Virus record (IMG/VR): IMGVR_UViG_3300045921_000730
Location: 62,001-126,000 of that record
DNA: 64,000 nucleotides
Direction: 5' to 3' (one strand)
The translations under genes were made by a program, and so were the position numbers. Shown one piece after another: positions 8,905 to 18,988 of the stretch; within the stretch, counting starts at the first letter, position 1; every line of letters begins with the position of its first letter. The notes under the pieces are model-generated. The model saw nothing but the letters and a program-made list of their open reading frames with translations. It made no database searches and was not told the DNA's origin.

Positions 8905-10251
8905 ATGAAACCGCAATCATCAAAATACGTTGAAAACGAAAGAAGAGAGTATTCTCTCTACGTAATGACTAATAGAGCAATTCCGTCAATCACTGATGGA
9001 TTAAAAGCAGCTGGCAGAAGAGTACTTTGGACAGCAAAAGATGGAAAAAAATACAAGTCAGCAACGCTTGCTGGTGCTACAATGCCAATTCATCCGCACA
9101 GCAGTCCAGAAGGCGCTATTGATACGCTAGCAGCACCATATGGAAATAATATACCCTTATTCAAAGGTGATGGTGCATTTGGAACATTACTTAATCCAAC
9201 GTCATATGGTGCTAGTCGTTATACATCTGTTTCTGTTTCTGAATTTACAAAAGATGTAATGTTTAGAGATATAGAAATTGTTCCAATGATGGAAAACTAT
9301 GACGGAACACTAATGGAACCCGTACATTTTCTTCCATTGGTTCCTGTTGTTTTATTAAATCCATCGGAAGGTATTGCTGTTGGTTTTGCAACAAATATTC
9401 TTCCTCGTTCACTGGAAGATATTATTGTTGCTCAATTAACCTTCCTTAAAAAGGGCAAAAAATATATCTCAACGCCTGTCCCCACGTTTACACCAACTGA
9501 TGCTAGAGCTGTTTTATATGAAGAAACAGAAAAAGGAACAGCATATTACTTTCACGGAAAGTACGATCAATTAGATGCAACAACAATCAAAATTACACAA
9601 CTTCCATATGGTCAATCACACGAAAAAGTAATTGATAAAATTGAAGAATTGAAAGAAAAAGATATTGTTGTTGACTACGAAGATAATTCTAAAGATACAA
9701 TTTCCATCACAATTAAATTCAAGAAGGGTGTTCTTCGTGATATGACCGAAGAAGATGTTTTAAAATCGCTCGGTTTAATTTCAAAACAATTCGAAAACTT
9801 AAATGTTCTTGATTTCAGCCATAAGCGAATCGTAAATCTTACAGCATCAGATCTGATCGCAAACTTTACGGAATGGCGTTTAACGTGGTATCATAATAGA
9901 TATCAAAGACTAAAAGATTTACTGCAAGAAGAACTCCAAAAATATTTAGATATTAGAACAGCAATTAAACACCAAGTAAACAATATAGCAAGAAAAACTC
10001 AATCAAGAGCAGAGCTCAAAGATTTCTTAAAAGAAATTAAAATAATTAATATTGATTATATTGCTGACTTACCAATTTATCGTTTCACTGAAGAAGAAAG
10101 AATTAAAAATGAACAAAGAATTAAAGAAGCAACTGAAAAAATGGAATATTATGACATGCTATTATCAAACGAAGAAGAAAGAAAAAAAATCTATATTCTA
10201 GAGCTTGAAGAAGTGTTGAAAAAATATACAAAGGGAAATTATAATACTTAA
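8905..10251 (+). CDS. Type II topoisomerase cleavage subunit (GyrA/gp52-like)
   Basis: RAIPSITDGLK, HPH, GASRYT active-site Tyr, GIAVGFATNI. Confidence 0.92.
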   Translation: MKPQSSKYVENERREYSLYVMTNRAIPSITDGLKAAGRRVLWTAKDGKKYKSATLAGATMPIHPHSSPEGAIDTLAAPYGNNIPLFKGDGAFGTLLNPTSYGASRYTSVSVSEFTKDVMFRDIEIVPMMENYDGTLMEPVHFLPLVPVVLLNPSEGIAVGFATNILPRSLEDIIVAQLTFLKKGKKYISTPVPTFTPTDARAVLYEETEKGTAYYFHGKYDQLDATTIKITQLPYGQSHEKVIDKIEELKEKDIVVDYEDNSKDTISITIKFKKGVLRDMTEEDVLKSLGLISKQFENLNVLDFSHKRIVNLTASDLIANFTEWRLTWYHNRYQRLKDLLQEELQKYLDIRTAIKHQVNNIARKTQSRAELKDFLKEIKIINIDYIADLPIYRFTEEERIKNEQRIKEATEKMEYYDMLLSNEEERKKIYILELEEVLKKYTKGNYNT

Positions 10252-10342
10252 TACACACAATACAGGCCTTATTGTGGTGATGCGATTCAATCGGCAACCA
10301 CTAAATGTTTAAAGAACAACAAGTTCCCTTGAGAGAAATTAT

Positions 10343-10648
10343 ATGAATCAAAAGTTAATTTTTTCAAACAAAACATTCAGAGACATATCGACAAGAGCAT
10401 TTCAACTTTCTTTAAAAGATGGTAGAGATATTCGTTCTCGATACATAAAAGCAAAACATGTTAGTTTTTACAAAGCAGAGAAGTTATCAAAAAATGATAT
10501 GATAGAAATTATTTTACAAACCGAATTTGCGCCAGAACTTGTCGATGAATATTTAGAAAACGTCAAAGTTTGGCGTAAATACGAGCAACAAGCCATTGAA
10601 GACTGGCTACAAAATATAATGGAGGAAAAGGAAACAACACATGAATAA
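10343..10648 (+). CDS. Hypothetical protein
   Basis: 101-aa ORF in the operon direction. Confidence 0.6.
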   Translation: MNQKLIFSNKTFRDISTRAFQLSLKDGRDIRSRYIKAKHVSFYKAEKLSKNDMIEIILQTEFAPELVDEYLENVKVWRKYEQQAIEDWLQNIMEEKETTHE

Positions 10649-10889
10649 GCACTTTGCTTCAACAAAATCAAAAGTTTTGAATGATATTATTCGTATGAAT
10701 AAAGATCAATTAATCGATCTGTATGGGATTTCGTTTGAAGACGACGGGACTGTTTACGATTCAACAGAAATGAAAACGTTCTCCAGTTTAAGAGAATGGG
10801 CAAATTATATTGCTGAGCTTGAAGAAGAAGACAATTACGGTTCTTTTCAAAAGCGTCAGAGCAAATATACTTTTGACGATGAATACTAA
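10641..10889 (+). CDS. Hypothetical protein
   Basis: 82-aa ORF with SD, overlapping the previous stop. Confidence 0.65.
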   Translation: MNKHFASTKSKVLNDIIRMNKDQLIDLYGISFEDDGTVYDSTEMKTFSSLREWANYIAELEEEDNYGSFQKRQSKYTFDDEY

Positions 10890-11296
10890 TTGAAAAATTG
10901 TATTGTCGAAACAAATGAATAATGCTTAGTTGTTGGAAGTATTATATAATTATGTTGTGACAACATGGCATTACTTTCCATTGGTTTTTTGCCTGGAGAC
11001 AAAGACCATGTAATATGGTAAATCTTACCATCTTTTCTAATTGTTGTGCCCTCAACTTCAACAACCAATGCTTCAACACCATTAATGTCTTGATATCCAA
11101 CAACTACAATTGTTGGAGACCACAAGTGTTGAGGTACCTGATTGATAGCACTAGAGGGAACATCAAACTCATATGTGACGTGATGAGCAACAACACGATC
11201 ATATTTTGGCGGAAACAAATCTAACAGCTCGCTTCTGACATTGTTGGGAAGAGGATATGCAAGATATCCTTGTTTTTTAAGGTGTTGTAATTTCAT
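10886..11296 (-). CDS. 2H phosphoesterase-like protein
   Basis: Two HxT motifs (HHVTY, YHITWS). Confidence 0.65.
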   Translation of the reverse strand: MKLQHLKKQGYLAYPLPNNVRSELLDLFPPKYDRVVAHHVTYEFDVPSSAINQVPQHLWSPTIVVVGYQDINGVEALVVEVEGTTIRKDGKIYHITWSLSPGKKPMESNAMLSQHNYIILPTTKHYSFVSTIQFFN

Positions 11297-11424
11297 ATTA
11301 ATTCCCGCAAGGAAACCTGATGTTCTTTAGACGTCAGGATGAATTGCGGACCTTTCATTAGTTAAATTGAAAAATTCTAACGGAGCAGGAAAACCGCGTT
11401 GTCTTTAGCTACGCGGTAGTTTAT
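11297..11424 (+). mobile_element. ORF-less IS200/IS605-type mini-element inserted in an ATGA stop/start overlap
   Basis: Left-end hairpin GGAAACCTGATGTTCTTTAGACGTCAGGATGAA, right-end hairpin ..GCGGTAGTTTAT; removing it gives minus-strand GGA-CTA-TGA overlapping ATG-AAA. Confidence 0.8.
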
Positions 11425-11939
11425 AGTCCGAGTTTCCTTAGTTTTTTAATCGTATCTGCGGCGCTTGTGTGTAAAATACCAATACCCCCTGCTGCAACCC
11501 AAGGAACAATTGATTTGTTTCTATCATCAATTAATATGCTGGTTGGTGTAGCAAACCGTGCCTTGTCTTTACTATTACGAACGAGATGAACTTTTGTTTG
11601 ATCAGTAATATGCAAGTGTTTTGCAACCCATGCACGCTTTTCGGGAATAGCAGCTTTAATGTGGCCTGTTGCCGAAAGAATTTCGGGGTTATATTTTTTT
11701 ACATAGTTCCATAGCTCCATGGCATCAGGTAACGGTGGCATTCTACCCCAAATTTCATTACCTTTCATTGCTTCTTGCTCAAGACTTTGCCAAAATTTAC
11801 GTTTATTTTCTTTTGCGTTCCATTCATTAGGTTTCATTCCAGTAATTTCTTCAGCGACACGATCAAAATCTACTAAAACGCCATCTAAATCAACATATAT
11901 TTTATATATTTTTTCTTCAAAAATCTGTTGTAATTTCAT
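11421..11939 (-). CDS. HAD-family 5'(3')-deoxyribonucleotidase-like protein
   Basis: DLDGVLVDF, ILSAT, K, ILIDD motifs; start placed at ATG 11939. Confidence 0.8.
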   Translation of the reverse strand: MKLQQIFEEKIYKIYVDLDGVLVDFDRVAEEITGMKPNEWNAKENKRKFWQSLEQEAMKGNEIWGRMPPLPDAMELWNYVKKYNPEILSATGHIKAAIPEKRAWVAKHLHITDQTKVHLVRNSKDKARFATPTSILIDDRNKSIVPWVAAGGIGILHTSAADTIKKLRKLGL

Positions 11940-11952
11940 TTCTTCGGCCCTC

Positions 11953-11989
11953 AAAAAGCAAGTGGAGAACCTTAACTCCACTTGCTTTT
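11953..11989 (-). terminator. Hairpin terminator downstream of nrdJ (possibly bidirectional)
   Basis: AAAAAGCAAGTGGAG...CTCCACTTGCTTTT inverted repeat. Confidence 0.7.
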
Positions 11990-12008
11990 ATTTAGCAATA
12001 GTTAATTT

Positions 12009-15000
12009 TTAACCACATTTACTGGAACCACAATCTGCACACTTTTCGCATCCTTCCTGATAAATGATGTTATGAGATCCACAGTTTTGGCAGACTTTAC
12101 CTTCAATCTTCTCACCGTCCTTAATAAAGGATGATAGGTATTTCTTGATTGAAAACAAGAACGAACCTGCATACGCGTCTTCAACTTTATCAAGAGTTGT
12201 TACGATATTACGAATTAACACACCATGACGAAGATTGAGTGAAATCATACGAGCGACCTTTGTAACATTATTATCACCTGCAATCTTTTCGAGAACTTTG
12301 TTGATGTGCTTTTCAGGAATATTCTTCGTACGTGCAAGATCTGTTAACAACTCAACGGCATTGTTGGTTAATGTGTTCTTTTCGTGACTGTTTGTATGAA
12401 CAAAGAAACCAAACGGGCGTGTTTTGTTATCATCCCACCACAAAACCGTAAGATACCATTTTTTACCTTCTGCCTTAAGTGTTTTCACAGTTGCTGGTGC
12501 ACTGTCAGGAAGTTGTACATCTTCAAGAACGATTTCTTCATCGATGTCACTAATATTTTTTTCGTCTTTAGCAGCAAGAACTGTTGTCATTGTTCCTGTA
12601 CGATATGTAGTAACACCTTTAACATAACCTGAAATATATGCATCAAGGTAAATGTTTTTGAAATCTTCAAAGCTATAATCGTTTGGAACATTAACGGTCT
12701 TACTCATAGCACTATCGACCCAACGAGCAAATCCCTTCAAATCATTTACATGATCTTGAACGCTCATACCAAGAGCGGTTGCAGCCCAGTCTGCTGTCGG
12801 ATCCCATTCGCCGATCTTTTTCATAAAACGAACACCATAATCTTCACATAACACTTCCTTTGTAAGACCACGATTCTTGTCAATTTTATAGACTGTACCA
12901 TCGGGTGCGACGCCACGAAGAATTTCTTCGTCACCCTCTTTAGTAAATTTAAACATTTCTGTCTCATGCCATGCACCCTCATACCACTTTGGACACACAT
13001 CAGCAATTTCTTCCGGCATTGTGTTTACGATTACTGTACGAATGTATTCATGTAAAAACACTGGTTCAAGACCACCGGAAACCACATTTGCTAAAATAGA
13101 AGTGTTTCCCGTAGGTTGAATTGAAAGAAGTGAACTATTACGAATACCTGTTGTGCGAAGTTTTTCCATATATTCGTCCGAAAGATTAAGCAACTTTATA
13201 AAAGGACCTTCCGCATGCTTCACAGGATCACAATAAGAAAACTTACCTTTCTCGACAGCCAAATCAATTGAAGCTTCATAAGCTGTTCTGGCAATTGTAC
13301 TCATTACTTGTTCACGAAGTTGATTAGCGCGATCTGATGCAAAGCGAGCTTTCAACATATAAAGCGCTGACCCCCAGCCTAAAATACCAACGCCAATACG
13401 ACGCTTGTTTTTAATTGAATGTGCATATTCGGGAAGTGGTGCATTTGTCAAATCGTTAATATTATCAAGAAAACGAACAAGATATTTTGTATACTTCTTG
13501 ATTAATTCTAGATCAAACCCTGAACGATCCGAATTAACGAATTGTGTTAAATTCAAAGAACCAAGATTACATACACCAGAAGGTGCTAATGTCTGTTCGC
13601 CGCAATTTCCTGTATAACACCACTCAGTAGGAAATACATGTTCATTATGCATGACACTAATATCCCACACATCTGCAGATTCAACAGGCTTAACAGAAAC
13701 TACTTCAACAAAGTCTAAATTGTGGTGGGTTCTTTTATCAGACACTTGACTAATAATATTTTTAAGTTTTTGTTGTTTAACTGGATGAGAAATATCAAAA
13801 ACGTTAATAAATTTTAAAACTGCCTGTCCACCAACAGCAACATCCCAGCGATCATATGATTTATTATATTCTTCACCATTTGGAAACGATACATTTTTTG
13901 TCGTTGTATTCCATATCATTGCTGGAACCCCTGCAAAACTAATTAGTTTTGCAAATTCTTGTGCTAAATCTTTTCGCGAAGTTGTTAATGTAATTTTCAA
14001 ATTGTTTGGATCATCGCTAACACATCCGTCCGCGCTCAATAAACCATCAACGAATCCTTTGATATATTGATCGTTGCTTTCCCAAACACTTTGTGGAATT
14101 TTTTTATTACCAGGAGTTAATTTGTACTTGTTTAATAATATATCCACTAACTCCTCGTCGCTAAATTGAAAATACAATTCACTAGCGCCATAATTTTGTC
14201 GTTGAATTAATGTTGATGGTAATTTTTTCATTCTGTTTACTATAGATAGTACTCGTTCTGCCATTGAACGTTCTTGCATACTAAATGCAATACCACAATT
14301 GTAGCGACCATCAGACAATTCACTGATCCAACCATCTCCAAAGAAATATCCAACAAAGAATCCTTCATCATATGTTAGGGTAAGATCACCATAGATACCA
14401 ATATCTTCATTTCTATTCAATGGAATAAGATCTCCAATTTTAAGATCTTTGGTATCTACCTTATAGATGCGTTTCATCTTTGAATCATACACAGGCCAGC
14501 GATGTTCTCTAGTTGCTCGAATCATTTTATTTGCCCCAAAAGAAATTTCTAACAATTCTTGATTCTTTCCAGATAAACGACACGAAGCTAGAGCCCATGT
14601 ACCATCCAAAGATTTCACCTCAAATTGTTTTCCTTCTAGTGTTTCAATAGGAAAAATTCCTTGTTTTGTATGAACAAGAGTACCAGCTGGCATTGATGGA
14701 TTTGTTGCAAATACTGTTTCTGCATAATTTAATGGTAAGAAATAATTAGCACGATCAAGAAACAATACGCCTGGCTCAGCACGATTGTAAGTGCTTTCCA
14801 TAATCAAATTCCATAACCATGAAACAGAAATTGTGTTGTATACTTTTACAGGATATCCCTTTGATTTCCACAACTTAATATTTCCATCCCAATCAGTTTT
14901 GTATTGAGGATGTGTGGTGTCGGGAAAAATTAAATTCCACTTATCCAATTCCATGCGCTCTTGTTGTAAAACAGTATTGTTTGTATCGTCTGTGTTTTTT

Positions 15001-17294
15001 AAAATAGAATCAATTTCATTAATACGAACAACGCGCTCCATAAAATCATCTGTACAATTTACAGACACATTAAATTTTGTAAGACGACCCGGTTGTTGTT
15101 TTGCTGTAACAAATTCAACAATATCTGGATGCCAGCAATTATGAATAAACACACCATTAGCTGCGAAATTATGATAATCAGGCATCGAAATATCAAACGC
15201 TTCTTGTTCAATACTTTCTTCAACACGAATGATATGTCGACTACCAGAAACCGACAGATCAAGGTAATCGTTTAGCATTCTCTTGTTCAGAGCACAGAGA
15301 CTGTCGTTGTTTTGTAAATCCTTTGCTTTTTTAAATGTTCCATCACTTAACATAAACTCGTGATCTGGAGTACACTCAATAAAGTCATCATTGTCAAAAA
15401 CAACTTTGATTGTTTTCTTTACTCCCTTCGACCAAACAAGAAGAGCCTGACGAACATATACATTACCTAAACCGTCAGTGCAGTAAAGGAAGGGGTTTTT
15501 TCCAACCAGCTCTTTTACAGGAATCTTTCCTTCAGTAGTATTGATTGGGGTATTTCCTCCAATGCAGTCCAAAACGCCCATCATGGCACCCTTACGGATT
15601 TTTCCCTTTGCTTTTGTGTTGTTGCTTTTCTTACCAGATCCTGAAGTAATAATTTCAGAACTTTTATCAAAAAGTTCCATATACTTTACAGCACCGGGTG
15701 TCTCCACACCAATGCCGTGAATAAAAGCGCCACGCGGCCGAATGTATGAGAAGTTTTCTCCCCAACCACCTTCCGACTTTAGAGTATGTGCTTGTGCACG
15801 AAGATGTGATAGGATACCGTCCAAGCTGTCAGCATCATGTTCTACACGGGGACCTACATAACAATTGTGGACAACCACATTATTAACAACGTAACTTTCA
15901 TCTTCGTTAACAGAAATGTTAAAAACATAACCACTATACCATTCATCGGCCCGTTCAGGTTCAACCACGAATCCAAAAGCAGCTTTTTTTGGTCCAGTTG
16001 TTGAATCTTTTTTAACAGTAAAATTCAATCGATCATCCTCGTAGACTTTACTCATTTGCTGTCTAAATTCTTTAGTAAATGTTGCACCAGCAGATAGTCT
16101 TTTTCCTCTTAATCTACAAGGAATACCTACTATTGTCATTAATGTTTGAATTTCTGTTAATAGCTGTGAATTAATCAATTCTATATGAACCTCTCCTTGT
16201 TCATCGACAAACCCATCGCCATCAAACACGCCCAACAAAAAGCTTTGTTGTACGGATGAAGGGCTATTCCAGATTACTTCTGGAATTGACTTCGTGTCAA
16301 AACCGGCACCTACCAAACGATGTAATACTGTTGCAATAATTTGTGATACTTTCCTGACATAGGTTGTGTTATTTGAACTGTAAATTATATTTGGTGTAAT
16401 ACCAAATACTTGTTCAAACAATTCAACCATATAATCAACATGAGATGTTTCTTTTGAAGAATTGTAGGCAATATTAAATGCGTCAACCTCATACAGTGAA
16501 GTTTGATTATTTTTGAACGTGCAACCATCAGCAACAAATCGACCGAGCAAATACGCAAACTTAGAATCAACATCAATGAAACGTTTTACTTCATGGCCAT
16601 ACTTAACCCCTGTTGCTCCTTGTCCGCCAACGTAATGTTTATTTGTTTTTATGCTTGTTTCATTAAACACAATCATGTTTTGATTAACATAATCCGCAAG
16701 AAGTTCAACCAAATCCATCACAACAGGAGATTTATCGCTAGTATGTTGGGCTAAAAACAACGTTTTCGTTTCTGATGATACTGTCCATGTGTCGTTTCCT
16801 TGATAATAAGGATGTTCAGGCGTACTGATAATATCTCCAGAAAGATAATTGGATGAAAATCGTTGCACGGGGCCTGTATAAAAGCGTGACATTGTGTTAT
16901 CAACACGACGATATCGTCCTTTATGAGTAAGGACCCAATCGCCCACTTCAACATCACAAATTTTCTTTGGACCGTTAGACGTTAACACCTCAACGTCCGG
17001 ATGAAAACAATTCATCAGCGTGGTGCCACCCCACTCTGTTCCTGCGTTAGCATAAATACGACCACCGGCTGTTGCTTTAAAGTTTGTTAAAAGATCATAA
17101 AACTTTTCCGTCCACTCTTTTCGTAATTCTTCTGTTTTTTCAACAGAAGCTGTTGCTGATGCCACGCGATAAAGCGTATCATTAATTGTTAAATCATTAT
17201 AGTCCTTATATGTTGATGCCCAAACTTCTTCAGAAAAACTGTCTTGAAAAGTTGTAGAAGTTATATCATTTGTTTGTTGTTTTGTTCGTGACAT
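12009..17294 (-). CDS. nrdJ: Class II (B12-dependent) ribonucleotide reductase with three inteins
   Basis: After removing inteins: GGRIYANAG, TLMN|CYV, EPGVLFLD, TNP|CGEQ, CNLGS, IQPTG, SKTVN, KGVTTYR; C-terminal CQNC..CADC..KC. Confidence 0.93.
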   Translation of the reverse strand: MSRTKQQTNDITSTTFQDSFSEEVWASTYKDYNDLTINDTLYRVASATASVEKTEELRKEWTEKFYDLLTNFKATAGGRIYANAGTEWGGTTLMNCFHPDVEVLTSNGPKKICDVEVGDWVLTHKGRYRRVDNTMSRFYTGPVQRFSSNYLSGDIISTPEHPYYQGNDTWTVSSETKTLFLAQHTSDKSPVVMDLVELLADYVNQNMIVFNETSIKTNKHYVGGQGATGVKYGHEVKRFIDVDSKFAYLLGRFVADGCTFKNNQTSLYEVDAFNIAYNSSKETSHVDYMVELFEQVFGITPNIIYSSNNTTYVRKVSQIIATVLHRLVGAGFDTKSIPEVIWNSPSSVQQSFLLGVFDGDGFVDEQGEVHIELINSQLLTEIQTLMTIVGIPCRLRGKRLSAGATFTKEFRQQMSKVYEDDRLNFTVKKDSTTGPKKAAFGFVVEPERADEWYSGYVFNISVNEDESYVVNNVVVHNCYVGPRVEHDADSLDGILSHLRAQAHTLKSEGGWGENFSYIRPRGAFIHGIGVETPGAVKYMELFDKSSEIITSGSGKKSNNTKAKGKIRKGAMMGVLDCIGGNTPINTTEGKIPVKELVGKNPFLYCTDGLGNVYVRQALLVWSKGVKKTIKVVFDNDDFIECTPDHEFMLSDGTFKKAKDLQNNDSLCALNKRMLNDYLDLSVSGSRHIIRVEESIEQEAFDISMPDYHNFAANGVFIHNCWHPDIVEFVTAKQQPGRLTKFNVSVNCTDDFMERVVRINEIDSILKNTDDTNNTVLQQERMELDKWNLIFPDTTHPQYKTDWDGNIKLWKSKGYPVKVYNTISVSWLWNLIMESTYNRAEPGVLFLDRANYFLPLNYAETVFATNPSMPAGTLVHTKQGIFPIETLEGKQFEVKSLDGTWALASCRLSGKNQELLEISFGANKMIRATREHRWPVYDSKMKRIYKVDTKDLKIGDLIPLNRNEDIGIYGDLTLTYDEGFFVGYFFGDGWISELSDGRYNCGIAFSMQERSMAERVLSIVNRMKKLPSTLIQRQNYGASELYFQFSDEELVDILLNKYKLTPGNKKIPQSVWESNDQYIKGFVDGLLSADGCVSDDPNNLKITLTTSRKDLAQEFAKLISFAGVPAMIWNTTTKNVSFPNGEEYNKSYDRWDVAVGGQAVLKFINVFDISHPVKQQKLKNIISQVSDKRTHHNLDFVEVVSVKPVESADVWDISVMHNEHVFPTEWCYTGNCGEQTLAPSGVCNLGSLNLTQFVNSDRSGFDLELIKKYTKYLVRFLDNINDLTNAPLPEYAHSIKNKRRIGVGILGWGSALYMLKARFASDRANQLREQVMSTIARTAYEASIDLAVEKGKFSYCDPVKHAEGPFIKLLNLSDEYMEKLRTTGIRNSSLLSIQPTGNTSILANVVSGGLEPVFLHEYIRTVIVNTMPEEIADVCPKWYEGAWHETEMFKFTKEGDEEILRGVAPDGTVYKIDKNRGLTKEVLCEDYGVRFMKKIGEWDPTADWAATALGMSVQDHVNDLKGFARWVDSAMSKTVNVPNDYSFEDFKNIYLDAYISGYVKGVTTYRTGTMTTVLAAKDEKNISDIDEEIVLEDVQLPDSAPATVKTLKAEGKKWYLTVLWWDDNKTRPFGFFVHTNSHEKNTLTNNAVELLTDLARTKNIPEKHINKVLEKIAGDNNVTKVARMISLNLRHGVLIRNIVTTLDKVEDAYAGSFLFSIKKYLSSFIKDGEKIEGKVCQNCGSHNIIYQEGCEKCADCGSSKCG
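13605..14696 (-). other. Intein 3 of NrdJ (364 aa, LAGLIDADG; Ser1, ends GN)
   Basis: NP|SMPAGT...GYFFGDG..GLLSADG..VWDISV..YTGN|CGEQ. Confidence 0.88.
15138..15566 (-). other. Intein 2 of NrdJ (143-aa mini-intein)
   Basis: LD|CIGGNT..CTPDHEF..FDISM..FIHN|CWHPD. Confidence 0.9.
15864..17009 (-). other. Intein 1 of NrdJ (382 aa, LAGLIDADG)
   Basis: MN|CFHPD..TPEHPY..GRFVADG..GVFDGDG..VVHN|CYV. Confidence 0.92.
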
Positions 17295-17295
17295 T

Positions 17296-17715
17296 TTAAT
17301 TTTCTCCTATTTCTATTTTTTTATTTGGTATATTACATTTTTGTAAAAATTCTATTCCTTTTGTGTTTCGATAATCAATTGAATAAAAAACTTCTTTTAC
17401 GCCTATGGATGCAAGCTGTTTAGCACACTCAATACACGGTGCATGTGTTATAAATACAGAGGCATTTTTTCCGTCGCCTTGGCCTTTAGCTAATTTGGCA
17501 ATTGCGTTTGCTTCAGCATGAAGCACTTCTGGTTTTGTAATTCCTTGATCATCTTCACAACAATTATCCCAACCCGGAGGTGTACCGTTATAACCTATTG
17601 ATATTACACTATCATTTTTTACAATGATACAACCAACTTTTAATCTATTACATGTAGATAATTTAGCATATTCAAAAGCTACTTTCATGTGAGCAATAAT
17701 CATTTTTTCCTTCAT
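17296..17715 (-). CDS. dCMP deaminase
   Basis: HAEANA and PCIEC Zn motifs, GYNG. Confidence 0.93.
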   Translation of the reverse strand: MKEKMIIAHMKVAFEYAKLSTCNRLKVGCIIVKNDSVISIGYNGTPPGWDNCCEDDQGITKPEVLHAEANAIAKLAKGQGDGKNASVFITHAPCIECAKQLASIGVKEVFYSIDYRNTKGIEFLQKCNIPNKKIEIGEN

Positions 17716-17887
17716 AAGGGTCCTTATTTACAAATTGATTTTTTAAACCGAAAAAAATAATAATAAATCAATATATTATTCTCGTACTTTTTTAATGTTT
17801 TTTCAACTAGTTGTTTTTTTCTTAAAAAACAATTTAAAAAACCTAATGTTCTTGGACAACTAATATGTAGGAGCAATAAATTCTCTG

Positions 17888-18085
17888 TTGACTTTTACTT
17901 ACCGATATAGTAATCTATTAACGTCTTGAATAAAAATATCAAGATTTTCAATACCATAAGAATTACGGGAATTGATGTTTGTGGAGATGTGAATTCTATT
18001 GTAAAGAATTCAACCCAGAAAGTTAGTTATTCTATAGAATAACTAACAGTTGATATAATTTTCAAAGATCCGCTAAATTTAGCGG
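17888..18085. promoter_or_regulatory. Divergent intergenic control region with perfect palindromes
   Basis: TTGACT at 17888; 26-bp palindrome at 18022-18047; 16-bp palindrome at 18070-18085. Confidence 0.45.
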
Positions 18086-18110
18086 TGTTATTAACCTTAA
18101 GCAAAGAGGG

Positions 18111-18386
18111 TTGTTTATGTTAAACGACACTAAAGATGTAACTCAAGCAGTAAAAAACTTAACCGCAACTTTCAATGTTGCAATTAACAAACTTCCACGA
18201 GCATTTCGTGGCAAGACGACAGGACCCAATGAAGCATATCTCTTAGAAAGAGAATTTGCTTATCTGCTTCACGAAGTAATGGTTGGACCAAAAGTTCTGG
18301 TAGGTACAAACATTACTAAGTGTAACGAATTTATTGAAAAAGTCGTTGCAGATCTTTCAATGAAAGAAAATACACCAGAAACTTAG
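18111..18386 (+). CDS. Hypothetical protein
   Basis: ~90-aa ORF with a GAGG SD (start may be ATG 18117). Confidence 0.6.
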   Translation: MFMLNDTKDVTQAVKNLTATFNVAINKLPRAFRGKTTGPNEAYLLEREFAYLLHEVMVGPKVLVGTNITKCNEFIEKVVADLSMKENTPET

Positions 18387-18412
18387 CATAAATATCCTCT
18401 ATAGGAGGATAT
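18387..18412 (+). promoter_or_regulatory. Late-type promoter plus SD-masking hairpin
   Basis: CATAAATA at 18387-18394; ATATCCTC/GAGGATAT stem covers the SD of ORF 18413. Confidence 0.55.
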
Positions 18413-18976
18413 ATGCGCATTAATGATTTTCTTAACACTGAAGAAAGCTCCTACAAAAAGGAGCTTTCTTTTATAAAAAATATATGCTCGCAGTTTATTC
18501 AGGAATCGCGCGGATTGCCTTTGTACAAACTTCTTCCATCATCATATGCAAATTTACAAAAAGTAAAAGTAAGAATTAGAAAAAACAACAATTTAATTTC
18601 TGAGGTGTTTGACTCGGCTTTTGTATCCAACAATCTTCGAAACCGAGCGATTTACTGTTATGGGGCTCCTCAAACACCCAAAAACAATTTGGACTTATTT
18701 TATATATTTCCAATTAACAACTTTCGTTATATGTATAACAAAGAAATTCAAAACTCTTCTGAAAATTATAAAAAACTAATTGATAAATTGGTTGAAAATT
18801 TATCTGACGAAGAACAACCAATCGAAATAGTTAGCGATTTGGTAAAATATACCTATTGTAAATCAAACTTGGTTGAAGGAATTGCTTCAAACTCCGAAAT
18901 TATTATATATGGAATACCATATTATTATGTTGTCAGGTGTTCGTCAGTTCCAAATTATCAATATATTCTATATTAG
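18413..18976 (+). CDS. Hypothetical protein
   Basis: 187-aa ORF, AGGAGG SD. Confidence 0.7.
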   Translation: MRINDFLNTEESSYKKELSFIKNICSQFIQESRGLPLYKLLPSSYANLQKVKVRIRKNNNLISEVFDSAFVSNNLRNRAIYCYGAPQTPKNNLDLFYIFPINNFRYMYNKEIQNSSENYKKLIDKLVENLSDEEQPIEIVSDLVKYTYCKSNLVEGIASNSEIIIYGIPYYYVVRCSSVPNYQYILY

Positions 18977-18988
18977 AAAGGGCAAAAA

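Noticed and set aside
10275-10345. Small hairpin and weak similarity to a reversed left end
   Set aside because: Short, AT-rich match with no second end
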